A stretch of 64,000 nucleotides of DNA. Source: a virus. The DNA lies in IMG/VR virus record IMGVR_UViG_3300042937_000753, positions 23,483-87,482 of that record. The stretch is one strand, 5' to 3'. Positions 13,201 to 21,400 of this stretch are shown here, one piece after another. The notes under the pieces were generated by a model. The model made no database searches. It saw only the letters and a list, made by a program, of their open reading frames with translations, and was not told where the DNA came from. The translations under genes were made by a program, and so were the position numbers. Positions within the stretch are counted from its first letter, which is position 1. Each line of letters opens with the position of its first letter.

Positions 13201-15418
13201 TCCTGATGAGCAGTCAAGATATATGGTTGGTCAAGAAATGTATGATAACTATTTAAAGTCAAGAAAAAGAGATCATTTTAGTGAGCAAGAAATGCTTGCT
13301 TTAATTAAAAAAGCAAAAACAAATCCTGAAGTTGGGGCAAGTGATTTATCTAGAACAATGTTCTTACATTATCTCACAATTGAAAAACAAATTCAAGGAC
13401 TTACTGCATTAAAAATGGCATCTAATCCAGATACAGCTACTATGACAGATGTAGGGCAGGCAATTCAAGCTGAATCTGACATGGAAGCATTAGCAGAAGA
13501 AACTAAGATTGATCAAAATCTTAGATTAGCAATGTTAAATGACTCTGTTATTAGTTCTTTCTTTAATACTAAATTGGTACGTGGATTAGCAAAACCATTA
13601 TTTAAATTTAGATATGATGATGATATTCAAGAATATATTCAAAGCTATATGTCTGATTTTAGAAATAGTGGTATTCTTAAATCAAATTTTGGAAGAAACT
13701 ATAGAGACAGATTCCCTGTTGTATTTAGAAATGATGTATTAAGTTATTTATTCCAGAATGCATTAAGAAAATACAATCTTGGTAAAGAATATAGTTCTTA
13801 TGCTATGACAGATTCAATAGGATTAACTCCTGCTGCTGGTCTTAAATTTGGTGCACAAGTGATTGAAAAGGATGGAGTTCCAACTATGGTGGTAGATAGA
13901 GTTCAAATTGAAAAAGAATTCTTTGACAAAGCTTATTTACAAGGTAGTGAAGCTCAGAATAGTTATGAGTCTCGTAGTTTATACCCACTTCAACCAGGAC
14001 ATTTTGGTAATAATTCATCTTCTAATAAGGCAGAATATATCCGCTTTGTAATTGAGAGAGAATATTTAAGACATGTAATGCCTATAACTGAAGTTATTAA
14101 GACTAAAGAATTCCAAATGGAATTAGAAAATATTAATAAAACTAGTATTGAAACTAATGAGATTAAAAATAAAAGATATGCTTATGAAAAAATCATAGCA
14201 ACTAGAGCTTTGGACAATACATTAAATCCTTATAATCTATTTAATGATCAAAATAATGCCTATGCAGTTAGATTGGACAGAATTAAAACAGAATATAAAA
14301 ATGATTTTGTAAAAGATTATCCTGTTTTAGCTAGAATGGTTACTGAAAGTACTACAGATAGGTCAATGTACAGTCTTTATATTGATGACAAAGACATGAC
14401 AACATTTAAATCAAACATGTATAGTAGAAATTTAGAAGAGCTGAGTAATAGAAATGTGGAAAAAGTATCTGACAAAGCAGAAAATGATAGAATAAGTGAC
14501 TTCTTTTCTAAGATGACTTATGTTGCAATGATGCAGGCTGGTACAAACAAAAGCAAATATAATTTCTTAAGTTTAACAGACTTTGATAAATTCATTGATA
14601 TAATGAATGATGAAACTGCTAAATTTCTTACATCACCGCTTAAACTCAAAATGCTTATTGACTTTAAAAATAAGTTTGAGCAAGAGAATAGTCAGGCAAA
14701 TAGAACAAGAAGTAGATTTAAAAATTATCTTACGGCATTGGATGTAGAAAAATCAATTGCTACCCAAAATCTAATTGGAGAAACAGAAGAGGATGCAGTT
14801 ACTGGTGACATGATTACATCAGCAGAAAATTTAGTAGAAAGAAAAAATCTAATCCCTACTATTAATCCTAATGTGTTTGTATTTAATGATCTTTCTGGAA
14901 CTGACAAAGCATATAAATTTATTGTAGAAAATAATCCTGACATCACTTTTGTATATCAATTTAGTCTTGGTCAAAAACAAGCTATTGATAAAATGACTGA
15001 AGCTCAGTTCAACAATAAAAAAATGAAAGGTAACATACAAATTAGAAAGTATGCTAATAGTTCTTCTGTGGGTATAATTACTGGTCAAGATAGTGTTGCT
15101 GATGCATTCTCTAAATTAGATCCAAAACTATACTCAAAAAGAAAAGCGGACATAGAAAAAGCTATTGCTGAAATTAGTCAAGTAGTTGCAAATGGAGGTA
15201 AAATTGCATTCTCTATAAATGGATATGGAGATCCTACTATGATGCCTCAAGAATTATTTGTATATTTAAGCAGAAGGCTTTTTGAAGAGTTTCAGTATTT
15301 AAATCCTGGTTCTGAATTTACTAATGAAGTAAGTAAAGTGGTTGCAAAATACCAACCAGTTACTGATGCCGAAATATTAGCTAAATTTGACGGAGAAAAT
15401 AACCCATTAAAATGTTAA
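4265..15418 (+). CDS. Virion-packaged crAss-like DNA-dependent RNA polymerase (phi14:2 gp66-like), multidomain
   Basis: Motifs RIPVQG...SGADFDIDKL (catalytic DxDxD at 12254-12268), ADGQGW, FHKFSLAPL, STQLRKL and GWVDVEKD. Also an HEAWH zincin motif (7271-7285) and a SLOG-like KIISNGQTG motif (6611-6637). Confidence 0.92.
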   Translation: MACQLYTENDISALYSLVYGEIMDRIQDPKLGKFDNKALDKFIKDIYKEFKDEPNGLLYVQAIPDMLDIVKNDLQIKKYLLNDANLDLNNVAKLSLDFEDLDNVIKFITPKTVQKTKKEVDGEIKKANKNSKTVVQNNNNNEIWSAVEEKAKVDYPDKTTGNIAVAKNPEAMSESERNLIDPQKGLFYKVIKTVIWAARRRGKSDNAMLGDIPVMLKAQSIKTLDPADLTDDDITFLTKNKGYDINVAIVSDSSGVPIRFDEEGNVVEEGGRIVYQYIRPVINRAGKLYLGNRSGFLYNLVPAETLLKRQLANEAKDGKLYGQVEREAELAKIKRKQIQKMNDLAKLNETLSLQDEPVMLPITGGSYGIVEHKSELLSNTDFVNDLEMIYTHDSGDLEGMSYFMTNRVSAGVAVDNRIYLQRMDMPKELAANIAKVLTTKALLNGEALSPQARLAHYDTFLSNRTKGNNIKVEIKQELGQNVLKVTLMDPLTGDASVVDLESEDAEKMIADHLMESKKIKDKEGKVVAVYPANLSYMKSFAVDGAIQKGVKYTDYTFDISKTGTQVIKEVQKDYFDFIKPLAKVDYTTDGAAYFVAINAYLEFAVPFNFETAEENLIDIGVPSDELLTSNDVDNGNKKAKPVKVEIEEKDEETGKGFTIETKVSTIANDRVLVANLNEADAVFGLGTTFDTKDEKISRDRSGKENKWYGVKLGTKANAPKNLKPPTDAINQMVNNLSQLKGGVVNIIGNDIAQLTKEGYSQKDIDTYVYNILSEVVKQFPITKIISNGQTGVAEASIKAAKRLGIPVKIRAFQGYQLRKAAPYAASGIKTTKNTRADFLSRFFSKSSKTYKKAAAKVEETKEDKTTTVPKTIEVKARAVEVTKTPEQQKVSDAKINRLAIDDLLDGSDMIPDVPLNRKKRVSAVMDQLYGKQGWQEVQNWWKSSPLKNVVDVERLGLVFNSDAYATFMSAGSMLADAAVKLRAQGFAARIELYGDALPVTLYHEAWHAFSQLALTKEEKAKLYNEIRTYEKWKNMEYIDIEEELAEEFIDYAANGKKQKGFIQTIFEKLKKLIDFFFGNTTKRDVTRLQDIPNVKKYYNQLYTGKFKISTENAEHNLMPGFERLNSAKKTIQPLVNTAKDFAEITDVQSNKIVDLVDSLMARTFYQYNNKFNTTAGAVKLLGDVNNREKLYYNLEKQLKALLAAQLERTRAITVKNIESDNPDYVTEQKESAKLDLLMKAVENYGSVAEALTKKTDRGVVAFHMQRSRFNILKDLYIDDTEDASIALFTSTEGNSISAKQLATDDTMMMLSGIYKLERDENGDYIKEEDEYGVKAYSIETDDFGLPVLEPVDVMWNRVARTLQGSMDYQDMHDRMTEAIENYPEFIQVLEMLPNPYTFGPGAYNNKTEFQSETNFWQDLKKPVIPYIQLNINKTVLEKAKKIDGKWIAEKSKYESRLSAANFDIYRIVADWTTNFNIADPATNRFIIKDGVNNYLNTTEIMKEFSQNKQLIPTKAAEFLAALGIQLDMTSADIKSIVNSTKKPFASSYNIDYIFNNVRLVHLAGKSDDIGLQAAAAQFKRDPLHYLMNGLPEAIEKAAGGKASDVKTKVRALAELQNRFSDGYSNYAVLTPEKNKVWEQFLDNTVTRIITSLNRAENWQQLTTEDADPNGRFQHMRWLSEANNPASEFSVILKSMFDLDPMSDTYGEKIPGASIVLENIGGTQIINRETNESLGTSTANTDVTSKFLQELHTMLQSGVQEFMRHASKQTAMNLRAKKVNTYSGKESSNLYVDIMAFSPANTAGNNNLGESQGFNIMLGYIAAEAGRIFRFKSNEEYFKNFSAYNRDVVRKDNDETVKAGEAFTAFDDILTDTVQGELYDIINKAIEDKLSFDEFNLRDIVNDNPALRVKIKNNVIEYFNKLSQANYARLESARFVDPSLYEMVSTDEFSKDQVDKMLIKAYTYNSWIHNFETTILAYGDAVQYNHDKEEFHKRNAGLGSGGKSFRSDMRARMYINSPMFERLYADKEGYKLNAYNGTLTTAIIKELTIDKSVYKDEYYDEHVKEYTARYIKAGKPKAEAERLAKDLADTVLADYSNMKIADGQGWLNFEAYRMLKNLESSWSAQQEDLYKKVIAGEILNASDIKEFFPPYKLQYFGPIKTKGLPMTSFHKFSLAPLIPTVHTANMQLGQIHDMMLNQNVDYVLMETGEKIGHLGNGDEILDKNGNVDASVNFTKNVIYAEFLKNQTEVNSKFKGKSIFSTQLRKLILEGLYEQGEVSKDVKHLVDNYVNRVGEYTELLKNELIDQLGFAENENGEFVPVNKDSIAKLALMIRENLTRDDVYSDKLIDIIDVTEEGDLRFDLSLHPEAVKIEKLLLSLINKRIIKQKVKGEPLVQKSSGFYDGLIEFSVDLDKMNPEARDAAVKKYMGSNFLPTYHKGTDGTTTAMKVAISLQGDYENLLNLEYKGEPISTLDRLNEAIKDDEWLDADNEANRKATTKDPIYDIAFSELKSTKGDTKLFILESDLTSEIKANLILDDKNGKRVKGSTYQGIKILGDYYSHKTLKSSDGDALDIIVVKSKEDAQKQYDAYIKGGAKQFTGIGNVIFSNIDTSVKSTNRQAITLVGVRIPVQGLNSMEFMEVYHFLPPQAGNIIIPPAEIVAKSGADFDIDKLSIFMNNIDGDGNVRMPMFDNAKDFYEAIKDPSKYEMSKEQMYSLQKSGLENQLINDIRSILELPQNYVSLTTPNGTYLVKPTADMLSEYVSDYNPFQSLMSDKNKLSAPDKNGKQKSVISPTRIFEAGYNLYKHESNVVGKKTLGLGAIENTFNVIFNSLGASMPAVYRHSDEEVDRVSFLGLRHNTMKKDGQDVISLSHQFDTDGNNKVADIINQLINGWVDVEKDAWVFFVQGNYEVAPTLLYLLKAGVPFKEAVYFVSQPLVREYVKERRLANSTFAEPLRKDPGFQGVNFKAASNIIAKYFKNFIPDEQSRYMVGQEMYDNYLKSRKRDHFSEQEMLALIKKAKTNPEVGASDLSRTMFLHYLTIEKQIQGLTALKMASNPDTATMTDVGQAIQAESDMEALAEETKIDQNLRLAMLNDSVISSFFNTKLVRGLAKPLFKFRYDDDIQEYIQSYMSDFRNSGILKSNFGRNYRDRFPVVFRNDVLSYLFQNALRKYNLGKEYSSYAMTDSIGLTPAAGLKFGAQVIEKDGVPTMVVDRVQIEKEFFDKAYLQGSEAQNSYESRSLYPLQPGHFGNNSSSNKAEYIRFVIEREYLRHVMPITEVIKTKEFQMELENINKTSIETNEIKNKRYAYEKIIATRALDNTLNPYNLFNDQNNAYAVRLDRIKTEYKNDFVKDYPVLARMVTESTTDRSMYSLYIDDKDMTTFKSNMYSRNLEELSNRNVEKVSDKAENDRISDFFSKMTYVAMMQAGTNKSKYNFLSLTDFDKFIDIMNDETAKFLTSPLKLKMLIDFKNKFEQENSQANRTRSRFKNYLTALDVEKSIATQNLIGETEEDAVTGDMITSAENLVERKNLIPTINPNVFVFNDLSGTDKAYKFIVENNPDITFVYQFSLGQKQAIDKMTEAQFNNKKMKGNIQIRKYANSSSVGIITGQDSVADAFSKLDPKLYSKRKADIEKAIAEISQVVANGGKIAFSINGYGDPTMMPQELFVYLSRRLFEEFQYLNPGSEFTNEVSKVVAKYQPVTDAEILAKFDGENNPLKC

Positions 15419-15421
15419 AAG

Positions 15422-18400
15422 ATGTTTTGTGAATCTAAATCTACAGTATTAAAAGATCTTAAGGAAAAAGGAATACTTGGTGAATACAATGATGTACTTA
15501 ATACAATTGAGTTTGAAAAATTTAATAAAGAATTTACCAGATTCATTGAGTTAAAATATAATCTAAACACTGGAGGTGAGCTTGCCTTTAGCACATATGA
15601 AACACAAACACGTTTTCCATATAGTTCTAGATACTATAGAGATGATATACAAACAACCATATATGCTCAAACTAATGAACCATTGTTTGAAGCTCTTGAT
15701 GAGGAAAGGATAAAAGCTGATATCAAAAATGAAGTAAAAGACCGTGATGTTTTAAATGAACCTGAAGCTGAATATCCAGAAGATGATTTAATGAACCCAA
15801 TGTTCATGAGAGAGCCTTCTTATCTTCAACATAGATTTAACAGTGAAACTAAAAAAGCAATGTTATCTTTTATAGAAGGTCTCAATATTAAAGTTGTAGA
15901 TGGTCTTGATGAAATTATCCCTAGTAGCAGAAGAACATGGATAGATAAAAATGGTAATATGCAAACTAGAGAGGATCCTTTAGCTGCATTTGATCTTCTA
16001 CAAAAGTTTTTGGCTTTGAAAGAAAATATATCTGATAAAAATGTTTCTATGCAGACAGCCAATATTATTTATAGTTTTCTTGGTAAAAAATCTAAATTAG
16101 GTATTGAACTTTGGAAAGGTATAAATAGTTGGAGTAAGTATCAAGAAGTCTATGATAAGTATAATAATAAAAAACTTAGAGGACAAGAAGAACAGGTTGT
16201 AGAACAACCTATGCAATATGGTGAGAATAGTTTAGCTGAAGATAAAATAAAAGAAGTCTATGAATATGATCCAGCTAGATTTAATGCATGGGCACATAAA
16301 CAAACTATAATTGAGTTTCTTTCTAGCATGCTTATTATTGGAATTGACAATAATTATATTGGTAAAAAAAGAACTAATCCTGATATTGCTAAAGAATATT
16401 TTGAAAGCCTTGGTTATAAAGATAAGTATGCAAAAGATTGGATTACCCGTATGTTTAATAGATTCATGAATTGGATTAAAGAACATATATTAAATAATAA
16501 AGCAATTACAATTTATAAAGAAGCTGAGTTGAGAGATACTGTACTTGATATTGTTGATGATGTTTATAAAAAGAACTATATCAAGTTTATTAGAAGTTAT
16601 TATGAAAACCCTACAACTGGAAAATTCTTTAATGCTAAGGGTCAGGAGTTTGAACAAAAATTTTATGATGAAAGTCTTAAAAGAGATCCCTTTGCAAAAG
16701 AAATAGTTGATAAATTATTCAATGCTCCATATGAATATTTTTTAAGTGGCTCATTAGTTCTTAGAAAATACGGTAGAGTTATAAGAGCTTTAAGTGAAGA
16801 CTTACATGATATTGATGGTGTAATAAGTCTACAACAATTTGAAAGTGAAAAAAATGCTACTCAGTTTTTAAAATGGATTGAAGAAAGAGGTGTTCCTTTA
16901 AGTAGAGAAAGAACTACTAAAAACTCTAAGCAGTTTATAAAAGAACTGATGCCTTATTTAGAAGGACAATCTTGGTATGAAGATTTGAAAAAACAATTTC
17001 CTACTTGGACTTTTAAAGCTGCTTTCATTGGAAAAGATCATAAGAAAGGTGAATCAGTTACTATTTCTGGATATGTTGAACATCCTACAGAAACAGTTCT
17101 AGTTCAGAATGCAGATGGAAGTGCTGCTACAGATTTCTTTAATGCTGAAGATAATGGTAAAACTCTTCCTAAGAGATATGTACTTGATTTCTTTTTGAGA
17201 ACACAAGAGGGTAATTACCCAGAGGTGTTTGATCATTATTATAAAGACTGGAAACAAATCTTTGAAGCTAAGATCAACATGGGCCGTGGAAAAGACTTGG
17301 CTGATTTAATATATTTTCAACCATTTAGAGAAGATAAATACAAGTATACTAATAAAGGTTTTAGATACTTTACATTTGCTGATGATGTAATTACAAATAT
17401 GCCTGACATAACTGAATTTAAAGTTGATGAGCAAGCTATAAAAAATCAAAGATCTAAAGAAGCAGCTAATGCATTAGGTCAAAAAATTGCACAAGCTTTA
17501 GGAGTACAATATATGTACATAACAGATGCTCAAGCAAAACAGATTCTGGAGTCTAGAAAAAAAACATACAATGGTGAACCAGCTTTTTTCTTTGGAGGAA
17601 CAGTTTATATTGTTGGTGATAATGTAAACTTTGACACTGTACTCCATGAATTATCACATCCTTTATTAAGAGCAATTTTTAAAGAAAATCCAAAACTCTT
17701 TAATAACTTGTATGAAGCATTAAAAGCTACTACAGAAGGGGATATAATAATCCAGCATGTTAAAGATAATTATCCAGAGCTTAAAGAAGAAAGCCCTCTA
17801 TTTAAAGAGGAAGCTCTTGCTTATGCACTACAAAGAAAAGCAGCAAATAAAGTAACTAATCAAATTGAGTCATTAGGTTTTGAAGGATTTATTGGAAAGT
17901 TACTTGATGCATTAAGAAATATGCTTAAAAAAATCTTTGGATCTAAAACTAGAGTATCTGAGATTGATGTAAATACCTCAATTGATAAGCTTGCAGATAT
18001 GCTCTTAGAAGATTCATTTGAATATGAAACTGATTTTGTTACCAATGATGATCTTGTTGCATATGCCAGGGAGATAAAAGAAATGGCTGAAAAGCTTACT
18101 AAAGATGTCAAAGCTGAAAAAATACAAGAGGGTATCAATGAAATGTATGCTACCACTCAATTAATATATGAGAAAGCTATAAACTTTAGAACTAGATCTC
18201 CGCAGTATCAAAGAATGTTAAAAGAAGCATTGTTTGTAAAAGGAGAAACAAATGAATTACTTCCTAAAATTAAAAGAATTTTGTTTGGATATCAGACAGT
18301 GTCGGGTCAAGAAAAATTTACTATTGATGATGCTATCAAAAATGCAGTAGAAGCAGAAAGAATGAGAAATGAAGATCTTATTAATAGAGCCCGCAGTTTT

Positions 18401-21400
18401 GTAAACACAGTTGGAATTGTAAATAATATTGCTAAAAATATCTATCAAGATCTTGATGCTATGGATAGAAGCAATTCATTTAATTCTAGAGATGCTATAG
18501 CCTTATTATTCTTATATAGAAGTTCAATTAGATCATACAATGATATGTTTAATTCATTTGATGAAATGATTGCTAATGAAGAAGGTTTTGATATAAATCA
18601 GACTAATGATATTATTGACCTTATTAATGAGGCTAAGAATAACTTAATGAGATCTGATAAAAAAATCCGTGACATATATAAAGCAAACAGTGTTGATTTC
18701 TATGTAGAGATAACAGGTTATATGAATGATTTCTTAAAGGAAGAGCTTGGTAAGAACTTAAGAAATGCATTAACAGATAAGCTTTCTGAAAAAGAAATAG
18801 ATGACTTGTACAATATTGCAATTACTCAAAAATTAGATGACCAAACTGCTGAAGAATTATATACCAATCTAGAAAAGAAAGGTGTTGAATCTAAATATAT
18901 CAAAAAATTTATTGATGATTATAATGCATTCTTGGTTAATCAAGATAAAATTACTGATGGTTTGTCAGGTAAACTAAGAGATGTAAGTTGGTTTAATAGA
19001 TTCTTTGAGTCATATACATCTAGTAATGATCCTATAGTAGGTGGATTAGCTATTTTTATCAATGATCAAAAAACAGAAGCTTCTCAAAGGGCCCTGGATA
19101 AGTCATATAAATTTAGAAAAGAACTTGAACCTCTCTTACAAAAAGTAGGTTATACAACTTTAAAAACCAGACAGTTAACTGATATGTTAATGTTTAAGGA
19201 TAAACTATTATATATAGATCCTAAAACAAAAAAACCTATTGAAAAAGAAGTATTTACATTCTTAAATGAGTTTGGTAATGGTTGGAGATATAAACAAGAT
19301 TTGCTTGAATATCAAGTTGATGAAGCTTTAGCATCAGAAGATGATGATAAAATTAGAACTGCTACTAATGCATTAAAACAGTTTAAAAAAGATTACATGT
19401 GGGATGATTACATTCCAGAATTTTATGAAAAAGATGCTGTCTTTGAAAAATATGGTGAACTTGGTAAAATGGCATGGCTTTCTAGGAAGATGGCTCTTGA
19501 CAAGTTTAATAATGAATCCAATGAGATTAGTGATGAGCTTGAAAGATTTCAAAAATATTCTACTCTTCAAGAGTTATGGAGAGAATATCAAATGCTTTCT
19601 TCATTAAAATATGCAGACGGAACTAGTAAAGTAGATGACCCTGCTACTGGTGTTTATGATTTGTCAATTGCAAAAATACTTCTTGAACATAAAGAATCTA
19701 CTAAAGATTACTATGAATTTGCTCCAAGACCTGGTTCATTACAAACATCATTTAATCAGTTTTTAAGTTTAGCTGAGTCAAATGGTGAAGATTTAGTTAA
19801 GGCTAAAGATGAATGGATCAAACAAAACATTAGAATTGCATATACTCAAGAGTTTTATGATTCTAGAAAAGAATTAACAGCTAAACTTAAACAAATTCAA
19901 GACAAGGTAAATTCTGTTATTGGTTCTGAGTTTGATATTAGTAATGCATACAATGAGATTTATAATTTAATGTTTGCATATAAAGATCAACAAGGGCAAC
20001 CAATTCCATCTGAATTAGGCGTAGATAAAATGAAGATGATTAAAGAACTTAATCAAAAAATCATTAACTATAAAGCTGCTTTTGATACTAAAACTGGTTT
20101 ATCAAATGAAGATGCTGAAGAACTTGAGCTATATATTGCAATCAATAAGAAAAATCCTGAAAGGTTAACTCCAGAGCAAAAACTAAGATATAGAGAGTTG
20201 TTAATGCAACAAACTAAAACAGGTTTGTCTCTTGCTGAAGTTGCTACTATGCAAAGTGTTTATGCTGAATTATCTTCTCTTACACAAAAAGTTTCTACTG
20301 AATACTATGTAGATTCAATAAATGAACATTTACAAAGATTGAATGTAGCCACACTTACTGTAGATCAAGTAGACAATTTTATTAATAGTGATGAGATGAA
20401 AAATCTTCTTGCTAGTGACGGTAAATTTGTAGATTGGTTTGTAACTAACCATGTATCTAGAAAAGTAAAAAATAGAAAAACCCGTAAAATGGAGCTTAAA
20501 TATGAAAGATCCATGGCAAACTCTATTTCTATTCCTAAGAATGAAAAGTATTATGAAAAAACCACCCTCTTTAATGAGTTAACTGGTAAAGATGAAACAT
20601 TCCGTGGTCTACCAAATGCAAGACACTCTACATATAAAGTAAAAGATAAATACAGAACAGGTTATGATCCTACTACAGGAGAAGTAAAACTAGAAGTGGG
20701 AGTTCATATTGATAATAAAGGACAACCCTTACCAAGAGCTTTTAAAGTAGGAGATAAGAACAGTGCTCTTAATGATGATTTCATCAATAAAGATTACATG
20801 AGATTAAAGGAACAACCAAACAGTCCTAGATTTCAGTTACTTGAATTAATGAAGAAAGCACACCTATCATTCCAAGAAGATAAATCTAATAAGTCTAAGC
20901 TTTATTTAGACATGCCTAGATATGTTCTTAGAGATAATTTATCTAGATTACAAGCTGGTAAATTTGGTGAAAGATACAATCAGATTAAAAAAGGTATAAC
21001 TCAGTCATTAAAAGATAGCTTTGGACAAGCCGTTGATGAGAATGAACTTGAGCATAACTATGAGAGAGATAATAATCTTGAAGAATATAGAATGGTTAAT
21101 ACTGATTTAAATTCTGAAGAAGTTTCTTATATTCCTGTTTCTGGTATGTATAATCTTGAGACAGATAATACTGATCCAGATGTTATTCGTGGAATGTTCA
21201 AATACTTACTTTCTCTTGAGACTCAAAGTAAACTTCATGAAACATTACCTCTTGTTAATTCAATCTTGGAAACATTAGCAGATCCTGCTAATGCACCTAA
21301 GACTCCAAATACCTATAGTAAAACCATTAAGAAAATAAAAGGTAAACTTCAGCATACTGTAAAACCAGGAGCAAGTAATAATAGACTTGGTCAAGTAAGA

